Below, in pieces: positions 1 through 9,534 of a DNA stretch of 64,000 nt. This stretch comes from an uncultured Thermotogae bacterium (GTDB lineage Bacteria; Bipolaricaulota; Bipolaricaulia; UBA7950; UBA9294), in assembly GCA_964570515.1 (NCBI GenBank), contig CAZMYM010000002.1, positions 89,045-153,044 on the forward strand, given 5' to 3'. Within the stretch, counting starts at the first letter, position 1. Every line of letters begins with the position of its first letter. The position numbers and the translations under genes were made by a program. The notes beneath the pieces are model-generated. The model saw nothing but the letters and a program-made list of their open reading frames with translations, was not told the DNA's origin and ran no database searches.

Positions 1-1405
1 GTTTCTCACTGATCTCGCGCATTTCGCGCTTGATCGTTTCATCGAGAACAACCTCGCTGCCGAGGATCCGCTCGTATTCGGCGATCGCCTTCTGCTTCTC
101 CTCGTACTCCGCGTCGATCTTCTCTCGCTCGAGGGTGCGCAACTGCGAGAGCCGCATCCGCAGGATCGCTTCAATCTGCTCGTCCGAGAGTGCCAACTCG
201 GTCTGGAGGAGGCGAGTCTCCGTCTCGGTGTCCTTCGACGTCCGGATGATCTCGATCACGCGATCGATGTTGTCGAGCGCGATCCGGTATCCCTCAAGGA
301 TGTGGGCACGCTTTTTCGCGGCCTCGAGGCGGTGCGCGGTCCGGCGACGGACGACCTCCCTGCGAAAGTCGATGAAGCAATTGAGGATCTCCTTGAGCGA
401 CAATGTTCGCGGATTCCCGTCGATGATGACGAGGAGAATGGCCGCGAAGGTTCGCTCGAGCGGCGTGAACTTGAACAGCTGATTGAGTACGACGTTCGGC
501 GTCGCCGAGCGTTTCATCTCGACGACGATTCGGAGTCCTTCGCGGTCCGACTCGTCTCGAAGATCGGAGATCCCGTCGATCTCACCGGCCTGCACCTTGG
601 CCGCGATCGACTCGACGATCGTCGACTTGCGAACCTGGTAAGGAATCTCGGTGATGATGATCCGATCGTCCTCGATCGTGGCCTTGCCGCGAACGGTCAT
701 CTTCCCGTGCCCGGTCCGGTACATCTCCTCGATCCCGGCTCGCCCCATGACGAGGCCTCCGGTTGGGAAGTCCGGCCCAGGGATGTAGCGCATCAGGTCC
801 TTGACTGAGATGAGCGGATCGTCCATCAACGCGATGGTGCCGTCGATCAACTCGCCCAGATGGTGAGGCGGGATCTGCGTCGTCATTCCGACAGAAATCC
901 CCCACGCCCCGTTCATGAGGAGACTCGGAACCTTGGCCGGAAGGACGATCGGCTCTTCGAGGGAGTCATCGAAGTTTGGCTGCCAGTCCACGGTCCCTTC
1001 GTCGAGTTCCTCGAGGAACTCCATCGAAATCTTGGTCAGCCGAGCCTCCGTGTACCGGTTTGCCGCCGCCGGATCGCCGTCGATCGAGCCGAAGTTTCCC
1101 TGTCCGTCGACAAGGGGGTAGCGGTACGAGAAGGCTTGCGCCATGTTGACCATCGTGTCGTAGATCGCCATGTCGCCATGCGGGTGAAACTTACCCATCA
1201 CCTCGCCGACCACGCGGGCCGACTTGCGGTGGGGCTTGTTGGGGGTGAGGCCGAGTTCGCGGATCCCGTACATGATTCTCCTCTGCACGGGCTTCAGTCC
1301 GTCACGAACGTCAGGGATCGCTCGCCCTCGAATGACGCTCATTGCGTAGTTGATGTACGACTGCTCCATCTCATCTTCGATGGACACCGGCTCGATGCGT
1401 TCCAT
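1..1405 (-). CDS. gyrA: DNA gyrase subunit A, N-terminal ~468 codons; 3' end cut by the window edge (no in-window stop, so missing from the ORF track)
   Basis: Manual reverse-complement translation from ATG (complement of 1403-1405): [25 protein letters not shown]...[18 protein letters not shown]...[20 protein letters not shown]...[28 protein letters not shown] (catalytic Tyr context). The frame stays open to base 2. Confidence 0.9.
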   Translation of the reverse strand, partial: MERIEPVSIEDEMEQSYINYAMSVIRGRAIPDVRDGLKPVQRRIMYGIRELGLTPNKPHRKSARVVGEVMGKFHPHGDMAIYDTMVNMAQAFSYRYPLVDGQGNFGSIDGDPAAANRYTEARLTKISMEFLEELDEGTVDWQPNFDDSLEEPIVLPAKVPSLLMNGAWGISVGMTTQIPPHHLGELIDGTIALMDDPLISVKDLMRYIPGPDFPTGGLVMGRAGIEEMYRTGHGKMTVRGKATIEDDRIIITEIPYQVRKSTIVESIAAKVQAGEIDGISDLRDESDREGLRIVVEMKRSATPNVVLNQLFKFTPLERTFAAILLVIIDGNPRTLSLKEILNCFIDFRREVVRRRTAHRLEAAKKRAHILEGYRIALDNIDRVIEIIRTSKDTETETRLLQTELALSDEQIEAILRMRLSQLRTLEREKIDAEYEEKQKAIAEYERILGSEVVLDETIKREMREISEK

Positions 1406-1512
1406 GACTCACCCCCCCCCCATCGCGGTTCGGCTTCAGCGGCCAACCGGGACAGTCAAGGATACCTGAATCCCTGACCTGCTGCAAGGTTTCGCCGGTT
1501 CCGACCGCGGCC

Positions 1513-2706
1513 TCATGGGCCTACTCCGGCTCGCGCCTCTCGCGATCGTACGCGTCGCGCCTTCCCCGTTCGGGAGAGCGAATCGAGGGCATCCCGGAGT
1601 GCTTCCCCAACGAACGTGAATGCGCAAACGCTGACGACGACGAACCCGGCCGGGATCAGGAACCACGGGTATTGCTCGATGACGGTCACGTCCATCGCCA
1701 CGTTGAGGAGACCGCCCCAACTGACCATCGGCTCGCGAAGTCCGAATCCGAGAAAGCTGAGCGAGGCCTCGGTGAGCATGGTGCCCGGAATCAGGAGCGT
1801 TGCCGTGACGGCCAAGTAGGACGTGGTATGAGGAAGGATATGGCGCAGCAGGATCCGCAGATCACTCGATCCGGCCGCCCGCGCCGCGACGACGAAGTCC
1901 GTCTCGCGCAAGCCGATCACGAGTCCCCGGATCACCCTCGCCACGCGCGCCCAGCCGACGACCGCGAGCGCGGCCATCACGCCGAAGAAGACGGCCAGGG
2001 GCGGCGCGCTGCGCCCGGCGAGCGCGGCCCCGACAACGAGCACGATCGGAAGCTCCGGGATCATCATGAACCCCTCACCGATCCGCTGGATCACCGCATC
2101 AAGCACTCCGCCGAAGTACCCCGAAACGCCCCCAATGACGACGGCAAGCGGCAGAAGAATCAGAATTACGAACGGCCCTACGGCAAGCGAGATCCGCCCC
2201 CCGATGAGCGTGCGGGTGAGCAGATCGCGCCCGAAACGATCGGTACCGAATAGACAGATGCGCGCGTCACTCAAGCCGTCTGCGGCTCGAACGCCAAACA
2301 GGTGAACGTCGGTGGGGAAGAGCCCCAGCAGATGGTACGACGCGCCGCGCACGAAGAGCCGCACGTAGTAATTTTTCGTCCGATCTTCAGTGAAGTCCCG
2401 TTTGAGGGTGCCCGGATCGATGGACATCGTGGTTCGGTAGACAAACGGACGCCAGCTGGAGCCTCCTTCGTCGTGGAAATGTACGCGTGTCGGCGGGGCG
2501 TACGCATGCGAGCTGTCCTGATCGCGATACGCATACGGCGAGAAGAACCCCCCGAACGCGGTCAACAAGAACAGGACGGCTAGGATCGATCCTCCGACCC
2601 GTGCCAGGTGATGTCGGTGAAACGCTCGCCAGACGCGGTTCCCGCTCACCGTTCTCCCGCGTTGTCCTCGCGAACTCCGGCTCATGTCCCCATCGCAATG
2701 GCGCAC
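1513..2706 (-). CDS. ABC transporter permease, peptide/nickel family (OppC/DppC-like)
   Basis: 397-aa ORF with several hydrophobic spans and the conserved loop region DFVVAARAAGSSDLRILLRHILPH. It lies 15 nt downstream of the OppB-like gene. The start may be an internal Met. Confidence 0.8.
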   Translation of the reverse strand: MRHCDGDMSRSSRGQRGRTVSGNRVWRAFHRHHLARVGGSILAVLFLLTAFGGFFSPYAYRDQDSSHAYAPPTRVHFHDEGGSSWRPFVYRTTMSIDPGTLKRDFTEDRTKNYYVRLFVRGASYHLLGLFPTDVHLFGVRAADGLSDARICLFGTDRFGRDLLTRTLIGGRISLAVGPFVILILLPLAVVIGGVSGYFGGVLDAVIQRIGEGFMMIPELPIVLVVGAALAGRSAPPLAVFFGVMAALAVVGWARVARVIRGLVIGLRETDFVVAARAAGSSDLRILLRHILPHTTSYLAVTATLLIPGTMLTEASLSFLGFGLREPMVSWGGLLNVAMDVTVIEQYPWFLIPAGFVVVSVCAFTFVGEALRDALDSLSRTGKARRVRSREARAGVGP

Positions 2707-2721
2707 GCGGTCTCCTTCATC

Positions 2722-3714
2722 TTAGTCCAGCCGAACACGCGGATCGGCCAAGGCCAGCAGGAGGTCGGCCAACAGGTTCCCGAGCATCAGGAAGACGCCG
2801 AAGAAGAGAAGGCCTCCCATGATGACGTATGGATCTTGCCTCAGAACAGCGAGCCAGAACGCGCCCTCCACTGTGTGAAGTCCGAACACGATCGACGCAA
2901 TCAACGAGCCGGCGACCAGACGGGGCAACTGCATTCCGAGGATGCTGATCAGCGGGTTGATCGCGTTTCGCAGCGCGTGCTGATAGACGACGGCATGCCG
3001 CCCCAGGCCCTTGGCTCTGGCCGCTTGTACGTAGGGCTTGGCCAACTCATCGAGCAGCGATCCGCGCGTATAGCGCATCAAACCGGCCGCACCGCTCAGC
3101 CCGACGACGAGCCAGATCGGCCACAGGTGCCAGAGAATGTTGGCAAGCTTCGCCCACGACAGCGGCGCTCCAATGAAGCGCTGATCGAGGAAACCGCCCA
3201 CGCCCAACCCGAATTCGCCGGCGTTGAGCAAGCTGACCATGGCCCACATCAGGACGAGCCCGATCACGAAGCCGGGGATCGACAAGGTCACGAAGCCAAG
3301 AACCGTCACGACGTGGTCGCCCGGGCGGTGCTGATGGGTCGCCGCGTAGGCGCCGAGCGGAATGGCCAACAGCCACATGAAAGCGATGGTCGTCGCCGAG
3401 ACGAGCATCGTCCGAGTGAGCCGGCTTCCCATGAACAGCGTCTCGAACACGGGAAGCGATGTCTCGATGGAATCCCCGAAGTCTCCGCGGGTTACGATAT
3501 TCCAGAGCCAGTGGCCGTACCGAACAAGAACCGGGCGGTCGAGGCCCAGCTGCGCGCGGAATCGATCGATCGTCTGCTGCGAGAAGTCCGGATTCGCCTC
3601 CAGGCGCGTCACGTAGTCGCCCGGCATTAGGTCGACGACAAGGAACGAGACAAAGGAGACAAGAAGCAGAAGCGGTACCATGAGCAACACGCGACGCAGG
3701 ATGAAGCCGCTCAC
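2722..3714 (-). CDS. ABC transporter permease, peptide/nickel family (OppB/DppB-like)
   Basis: 330 aa. The N-terminus MSGFILRRVLLMVPLLLLVSFVSFLVVDLMPGDY and the PYVQAARAKGL motif are typical of this family. Confidence 0.85.
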   Translation of the reverse strand: MSGFILRRVLLMVPLLLLVSFVSFLVVDLMPGDYVTRLEANPDFSQQTIDRFRAQLGLDRPVLVRYGHWLWNIVTRGDFGDSIETSLPVFETLFMGSRLTRTMLVSATTIAFMWLLAIPLGAYAATHQHRPGDHVVTVLGFVTLSIPGFVIGLVLMWAMVSLLNAGEFGLGVGGFLDQRFIGAPLSWAKLANILWHLWPIWLVVGLSGAAGLMRYTRGSLLDELAKPYVQAARAKGLGRHAVVYQHALRNAINPLISILGMQLPRLVAGSLIASIVFGLHTVEGAFWLAVLRQDPYVIMGGLLFFGVFLMLGNLLADLLLALADPRVRLD

Positions 3715-3771
3715 GATCCCACCCGACCTGAGGACGAACGGGCGCTGGACAGCGGCCGCTCAACGAACGAT

Positions 3772-5613
3772 CTACGGCAGGAGTCGGCGATCGAAGACGA
3801 AGTCGGACGCATTGCCGCTGTGCCCGGTCGGATGCCCGTTCGGGTTGGCCATCTCCGCGTTTCCCACGTAGTCGTAGTACGCGTAGCGAAAGGCCCCGTA
3901 GACCGTGTAGATCATGCTCGCATCCTCGGCCGCCCGCTGCTGGATCTCCTCGTAGCTCTCAAACGTCGCCTCGTTGTCCAACGTCGCGACCCCCGCTTCG
4001 AACAGCTCGGCGATCTCCAGATCCACTTCGGTCGGCTCGTCGCATGCACTGCGGCGCCAGAAGTGGAGCCGCCCGCAATTCCCGTAGACGCCGGCGAGGC
4101 TGTTCGGCTCATTCCCGCCCGTGAACGCGAGGAGGAGCGCGTCGAACGATCCGGTGTACATCGCCGTGAGGACAGCGTTCACCTCTCCCGGAACGAATCG
4201 GACGTCCAGCCCGATCAGGCGCGCGCGATCGGTGATGATGATTGCCATCCCTTCGGAGTCAGACAATCCCGAGACCGTGGCAAGCGTGATCGAGACGCGC
4301 CCGCCGTCCTCATAGTCTCGCCAGCCGTCCTCGTCTCGGTCGACGATCCCGATTCCATCGAGCAGACGAGCCGCCTTGTCCAAGTCGTACTCGAAGATCA
4401 CGGCGCCCGTCTCGGTGATTGGCCCCCCGTACAGGTCACGGCCTGCGTAGAAGGGCGAGCCGAAGCTGAGTGGGCTCCACTGGGGAAGCGCGAGTCCATG
4501 GAAGATCGAGTCGATCATCGCCTGTTTGTCGAGCAGGTGAGCAAACGCTTGTCTGAACGTCCGGTTCCGGTAGAGATCTCGCTTGCTCGCGTCCGTTCCG
4601 TCGGCGAGACCGATGTCCTGGTTGAACGCAAGCCAGGACGTCCCGTACGTCGCGATGTGAGGGTCAACTTCCACACTGAATCCCCGCAGCGCCGCTTTCC
4701 CCATGAGGAACGGCAGATCGCTCGTGCGTGGCGCGAATCCGTTGATCTCCCCGTTGAGGAACTTGAGCAACGCAACGTCGTCACTCGGCACGACCAGCAA
4801 GACCCGCTCGTCGTAGTACGGCAGCTGTGTGCCTTGCCCATCGTATACGTAGTAGAACGGATTCCGCTTCAGCACAACGTGCTGGTCGGGCACGAAGCTC
4901 GATGGGACATACGGTCCCATCCCCACGATCTCCGAGAGTTCTGTGTCAAGTCCCAAGGCGGAGTCGAAGGTCCCCGGCTCCACGTCCGGATTCAGTTTGT
5001 GGACAAACCGAGCCAGCTTATGCTTCGGCAGGATTTTCTGTCCCATCGCCGAGAGGATCGGACGAAAGGGCACGGACGTCGTGACCGTCACCGTGTACTC
5101 GTCCACCTTCGCGATCGTGGGGAACGATCCGTCGGGAAGACGCAGCCCATCGCGAAGGCCGGTCGTCACGTCCTCATTCAGAATCACGTCGTTGAACGTG
5201 AACAACACGTCGTCCGCCGTGAACGGCGCTCCGTCCGACCAGCGAAGCCCTCGGCGGACATGAAAGGTGATCGTTTGGTCGTCGCTGGAGACCTCCCAGC
5301 TCTTGGCGAGCGCGGGATCGAGCGAGCCCGTGACCGGATTCAAGCCGACAAGGCCGTGGAAGATGTGGTTCGTGTAGAGGGTCGTCGACGTCTCCATCGC
5401 GGTCGTCGGGTTCCAGCGCTTTGGGTTCCCAAGAGCGAACTGGTAGAACGTGCCTCCTCGGACGCCGGGCTCCAGATCCGCCCAGGCTGTCCCCGGTTCG
5501 CCGAGCGCTAGGACCTTGGCGTCGGCCGGAATCTCGGAATAGCCCTGTCCGCAGGCAAGGAGGCTGACGAAGAGGCATGCCAGAGCGGTCAGCACGAAAG
5601 CTCTTCGCCTCAT
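3772..5613 (-). CDS. ABC transporter substrate-binding lipoprotein, family 5 (OppA/DppA-like)
   Basis: 613 aa with a signal peptide and Cys lipobox (FVSLLAC|GQG). It sits directly upstream of two peptide-type permeases, and its size and composition fit SBP family 5. Confidence 0.8.
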   Translation of the reverse strand: MRRRAFVLTALACLFVSLLACGQGYSEIPADAKVLALGEPGTAWADLEPGVRGGTFYQFALGNPKRWNPTTAMETSTTLYTNHIFHGLVGLNPVTGSLDPALAKSWEVSSDDQTITFHVRRGLRWSDGAPFTADDVLFTFNDVILNEDVTTGLRDGLRLPDGSFPTIAKVDEYTVTVTTSVPFRPILSAMGQKILPKHKLARFVHKLNPDVEPGTFDSALGLDTELSEIVGMGPYVPSSFVPDQHVVLKRNPFYYVYDGQGTQLPYYDERVLLVVPSDDVALLKFLNGEINGFAPRTSDLPFLMGKAALRGFSVEVDPHIATYGTSWLAFNQDIGLADGTDASKRDLYRNRTFRQAFAHLLDKQAMIDSIFHGLALPQWSPLSFGSPFYAGRDLYGGPITETGAVIFEYDLDKAARLLDGIGIVDRDEDGWRDYEDGGRVSITLATVSGLSDSEGMAIIITDRARLIGLDVRFVPGEVNAVLTAMYTGSFDALLLAFTGGNEPNSLAGVYGNCGRLHFWRRSACDEPTEVDLEIAELFEAGVATLDNEATFESYEEIQQRAAEDASMIYTVYGAFRYAYYDYVGNAEMANPNGHPTGHSGNASDFVFDRRLLP

Positions 5614-6329
5614 CCGACGTCCCCCCTCCTCACGGTGAAGCGGTGGGCGAGAACCCGCATGTACGCCTCGGCAAGCTCCGTGTGGATCATCGTGTGCTCC
5701 ATGATCTTCACCGTGATCTCCACCTCCGTTAGCGACGACGTCTGAATGAGGTGCGATGCCAGTGCCAGCCCGGCCGCGACTCGCATCCCGTGGCTCACTC
5801 CGTGAAGTGCCTGGTCCATCAGGTCCGCCTCACTCATCGGATCGAATGAAGCGTAGAAACCCGCCAGCGCTTCTCCGGCCGCCAATGCCAGTTCAGCACT
5901 CTGGCTCTCCGTCGCGTCCGACTCGAGTCTGTCTGCCGACAGCGTCGTGCGGATCTTGAGGTAGTACGCACGCGCCGCGTTCAATCGCTCGGTGGAAGAT
6001 ACGGCCGAAATCGCAAGAGCCTTCAGCTCTTCTTCAGCTAGGATGATCAGCGGTTGGAGCGGATCGGCCAGCGAGTCGAGCGCCGTCTGAGCCGCAAGTC
6101 GAATCCCCTGGGTGCGGCCGGCCTCGGCCAGCGCCACGAGATCCCCAGCCGTCTTGGTCAGCGCGTAGTGGTCGGCGAGCGCCAGTCCAGCGGCCATGCT
6201 GACTTCGCGAATCGCGTCCGAGCCGACGATCTTCTCCAACTCCGCTACGGAGCGGGAATGGCTCAACATAGACACCGCCAACGTCCCCACGAGGACCCAG
6301 CACGTGCAACGAAGCCACAGTCGCGCCAT
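5610..6329 (-). CDS. Hypothetical secreted Ala/Leu-rich repeat protein
   Basis: 239 aa with a hydrophobic N-terminus. The motif AAGLALA/AAGEALA recurs three times. Its stop overlaps the SBP start by 4 nt. Confidence 0.55.
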   Translation of the reverse strand: MARLWLRCTCWVLVGTLAVSMLSHSRSVAELEKIVGSDAIREVSMAAGLALADHYALTKTAGDLVALAEAGRTQGIRLAAQTALDSLADPLQPLIILAEEELKALAISAVSSTERLNAARAYYLKIRTTLSADRLESDATESQSAELALAAGEALAGFYASFDPMSEADLMDQALHGVSHGMRVAAGLALASHLIQTSSLTEVEITVKIMEHTMIHTELAEAYMRVLAHRFTVRRGDVG

Positions 6330-6552
6330 TCACCCTCCTCGGCTTGGATGCTCCACCGGCCTTCGCCCCTAAGCGATCGGCTCGCCATTGGCGAGTCGTG
6401 GGCGAGTTCCCTGCATACACTACACGAGGGTGCAGGGAGCATCAATCCTCATCGAGACGAACTCCAAGGAATACGACAGAATCTGTTGACGCTCAGGGTC
6501 TCCGCCCGCAAGCAGACGTCCTTTCAGAAGGCCCGTCTGTTCCTCGGCGCAA

Positions 6553-6581
6553 TTGACGGCTTCTCGGAGCATCACTATGCT
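6553..6581 (+). promoter_or_regulatory. Sigma-70-like promoter upstream of spoVS
   Basis: TTGACG (6553-6558), 17-nt spacer, TATGCT (6576-6581), about 57 nt upstream of the ATG. Confidence 0.4.
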
Positions 6582-6638
6582 GGGTCGGCATTAGCCACAT
6601 CATGGGGAGCGCTGTCGGTACGCCTCGGAGGGCAAGCC

Positions 6639-6899
6639 ATGGAGATCCTGAAGGTCGCATCGCGGTCCAATCCCAATTCCGTTGCCGGCGCGATCGCCGG
6701 TGCGCTCGAACAGGACCGCGCCGTCGAGGTGCACGCGATCGGCGCGGGAGCCGTCAACCAGACGGTGAAAGCGATCGCCATCGCTCGTCGGTTGATCGAG
6801 AGAGACGGTGCCTCTCCGATCAAGGTGGTTCCCGGATTCATAGAGCTACAGATCGATGGAGCGACGAAGACCGGAATGCGGTTCATCGTCGAGAAGTAG
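6639..6899 (+). CDS. spoVS: SpoVS-family protein (stage V sporulation protein S homologue)
   Basis: 86 aa: MEILKVASRSNPNSVAGAIAGALEQDRAVEVHAIGAGAVNQTVKAIAIARRL...FIELQIDG matches the SpoVS pattern (KVS..SNPNSVAGA...IGAGA.NQAVKA.AIAR). GGAGGG precedes the ATG. Only the last 86 codons of the 281-aa track ORF look real. Confidence 0.85.
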   Translation: MEILKVASRSNPNSVAGAIAGALEQDRAVEVHAIGAGAVNQTVKAIAIARRLIERDGASPIKVVPGFIELQIDGATKTGMRFIVEK

Positions 6900-6923
6900 T
6901 CTTTCCAGTATCCTTCTGTCCCC

Positions 6924-8582
6924 ATGGCGACACACCTCGAAAACCTGATCGCGGGCGCTGTTGCGTCGGCCTACTCGGCCGCCTTCGGAGAAGATCTCCC
7001 GGCAAGCGCAATCGAGATCCGGCCGACCGATCGGCCCGAGTTTGGAGACTACTCGACGAACGCCGCACTGGTGGCAGCCTCGAATGCGGGCACGTCCCCG
7101 CGTGACCTCGCCGCGGATCTTGCTCAGCGAATCGCGCAGGCGGACGGTCGCTCGTGCTTCCGAGAGATACAGGTCGCCGGCCCTGGCTTCGTCAACTTCT
7201 TCTTCCAGCCAACGGCGATCCAGTCGTCTCTCTCGCATCTGTTGGGTCTCGGCGACCGTTACGGGCGGTCCGACCGCGGAGAGGAAGAAAGGATCCAGAT
7301 CGAGTTTGTGAGCTCGAACCCGACCGGTCCGTTGACCGTTGGCCATGGGCGTCAGGCGGTCTTGGGCGATGTGCTCGCCAACCTCTACGAGCGCCTGGGC
7401 TTCGACGTGAGCCGCGAGTACTACTTCAACGACGAAGGACGACAGATCGATCTTCTCGCGGAGTCTTTGTGGATCCGGTACAGAGAGCTGTTCGGCGAGG
7501 ATCGGGAGATCCCCGAGGACGGGTACCGCGGCGAGTACCTCAAGGACGTCGCCCGAACCGTCCGCGACGAGCTGGGTGATGGATTCCTCGAGTTCGATGG
7601 AGAGACGAGCGATTGGTTCCGCCGCGAAGCGGTTCATCGCATGACCGATCGAATCAAGGCCGATCTCGGGGCGCTCGGCGTCCGATTCGATGAGTGGTTC
7701 AGCGAGGCCACGCTTCACGGCTCCGGCGAGGTCGACCGGGCGCTCGCCGCACTCCGCGAACACGACGGCGTGTACGAGCAGGACGGTGCCGTCTGGCTGA
7801 AGGCCGAGGACCACGGAGGCGCGAAGGATTCAGTGCTCTTCCGCAGCGACGGCCGCCCGACCTACTTGATGGTCGACATCGCTTACCACCTCAACAAGCA
7901 CGATCGCGGATTCGATCGCGTGATCGACGTGCAGGGGTCCGACCACCACGCGGAGCAGACGTGCGTCCTGGCGGCTCTGCGCATTCTCGGCCTTCCGGAA
8001 GGCTGGCTCTCCTACGCTGTGCATCAGTTCGTGAGCCTCAAGGAGGGGGGCGAGACGCTGAAGATGTCCACGCGGGCCGGCCGGTTCGTCACATTGGGAG
8101 ATCTGATCGACGAGCTTGGGTCGGACATCGTCCGCCATTTCATGATCTCGCGGAAGCCCGAGGCTCACCTCGACTTCGATCTCGATCTGGCGCGGAGCGA
8201 GTCGCGGGACAATCCGGCGACCTACGTCCAGTACGCGCACACACGGATCACGTCGATCTTCCGCAAAGCGGGAGATGAAACGATCGCCGAGGCGACACCC
8301 GATCTCTCTCCGCTCACCGAGACGGAGGAACTCGACTTGATCAAAGTGCTCGACCGCTTCCCCGAAGTCACCGAGAACGCGGCGCTGTCGTTCGCCCCTC
8401 ATCTCCTCGCGGACTACGCCCTTCAGCTGTCGAGGGCTTTCCACGGCTACTACGACAGGCACCGCGTCTTGTCGGACGATGCGGAACTCACAGCCGCTCG
8501 GCTCGCCCTCCTTCACGGACTGCGGATCGTCCTTCGTGAGAGCCTCGAGATCCTCGGCATGGCCGTCCCGGAGGAGATGTAG
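6924..8582 (+). CDS. argS: Arginine--tRNA ligase
   Basis: 552 aa with the class I synthetase layout. Key segments are SSNPTGPLTVGHGR (HIGH-type region) and MSTRAGRFVTL (KMSK-type), with a C-terminal ...VPEEM end typical of ArgRS. Confidence 0.9.
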   Translation: MATHLENLIAGAVASAYSAAFGEDLPASAIEIRPTDRPEFGDYSTNAALVAASNAGTSPRDLAADLAQRIAQADGRSCFREIQVAGPGFVNFFFQPTAIQSSLSHLLGLGDRYGRSDRGEEERIQIEFVSSNPTGPLTVGHGRQAVLGDVLANLYERLGFDVSREYYFNDEGRQIDLLAESLWIRYRELFGEDREIPEDGYRGEYLKDVARTVRDELGDGFLEFDGETSDWFRREAVHRMTDRIKADLGALGVRFDEWFSEATLHGSGEVDRALAALREHDGVYEQDGAVWLKAEDHGGAKDSVLFRSDGRPTYLMVDIAYHLNKHDRGFDRVIDVQGSDHHAEQTCVLAALRILGLPEGWLSYAVHQFVSLKEGGETLKMSTRAGRFVTLGDLIDELGSDIVRHFMISRKPEAHLDFDLDLARSESRDNPATYVQYAHTRITSIFRKAGDETIAEATPDLSPLTETEELDLIKVLDRFPEVTENAALSFAPHLLADYALQLSRAFHGYYDRHRVLSDDAELTAARLALLHGLRIVLRESLEILGMAVPEEM

Positions 8583-9490
8583 TGGCCTGGCTAGACCGTC
8601 TACGAGACGGGCTCTCGAAGACGCGCTCCGGTCTGACCGATTCGATCGGACAGCTTCTCCGCGGTCGCTCCAGCCTGTCCGGGGAGGAGCTCGAGCGGAT
8701 TGAAGAGATCTTGATTGGAGGCGACGTCGGCGCGCAGGTCGCGGCCGGACTCGTCGAGGAACTGAGCGACGCGATTCGTCGGGACAACCGTGATCCGTTG
8801 GAGACGCTCAAGGGTCTCGTCTGCCGGCGCCTCGAAGAATCTGAGTGTGCGAAGACATTGCGGGCCGATGGGACGCCGACGGTCTTTCTCGTCGCCGGGG
8901 TCAACGGCGCGGGGAAGACGACGACGATCGCCAAGCTTGCCGCACGACTCCGCGAGCAAGATCCGGGACTTCCAATCACGTTTGCCGCGGCTGACACGTT
9001 TCGTGCCGCGGCCGTCGAGCAGCTCGCCGTCTGGGCCGAGCGGATCGGCGCGGACCTCATCAAGCAGCGGGAAGGGGCGGATCCGGCGGCCGTCGCGTTC
9101 GACGCGGTCGACCACGCCATCTGCAAAGGCGGCGTCCTGTTCATCGACACTGCAGGTCGTCTTCAGACGAAGCACAATCTGATGGAGGAACTGAAGAAGA
9201 TCGAGCGAACGGTCGCAAAGAAACTCGGACGCAGCTCCGACGAGCGGCTTCTTGTGCTCGATGCGACGACCGGACAAAATGGTCTCTCGCAGGCCGAGCG
9301 GTTTCACGACGCCATCGACCTCACGGGGCTTGTTCTGACGAAGCTTGACGGCACGGCGAAGGGCGGCGTGATTCTCGCGATTCGTGAGAGGCTCGACGTC
9401 CCGATCCTGTTCGTCGGCGTCGGCGAGACGGCGGAAGATCTGCACGCGTTCTCGGCCGAGGAGTTTGCCGAGGCGCTGTTCACGACATAA
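8582..9490 (+). CDS. ftsY: Signal recognition particle receptor FtsY
   Basis: 302 aa with a GTG start overlapping the argS stop by 1 nt. Motifs: GVNGAGKTTTIAKLA (G1), DTAGRLQ (G3), TKLDGTAKGG (G4). Confidence 0.9.
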   Translation: MAWLDRLRDGLSKTRSGLTDSIGQLLRGRSSLSGEELERIEEILIGGDVGAQVAAGLVEELSDAIRRDNRDPLETLKGLVCRRLEESECAKTLRADGTPTVFLVAGVNGAGKTTTIAKLAARLREQDPGLPITFAAADTFRAAAVEQLAVWAERIGADLIKQREGADPAAVAFDAVDHAICKGGVLFIDTAGRLQTKHNLMEELKKIERTVAKKLGRSSDERLLVLDATTGQNGLSQAERFHDAIDLTGLVLTKLDGTAKGGVILAIRERLDVPILFVGVGETAEDLHAFSAEEFAEALFTT

Positions 9491-9534
9491 CGACATGGGC
9501 ATACGGGCGAAGAACGCACGGAGGTGCACGGAGG

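Noticed and set aside
3820-5511. 563-aa plus-strand ORF
   Set aside because: It is antisense to the well-supported substrate-binding protein gene. The Arg/Val/Asp-rich low-complexity translation is typical of GC-driven shadow ORFs.
6054-6638. N-terminal 195 codons of the 281-aa ORF that ends as SpoVS
   Set aside because: SpoVS proteins are about 86 aa. A good RBS and ATG lie at 6639, a promoter-like element lies inside the extension, and the upstream translation is Arg/Gly-rich noise.
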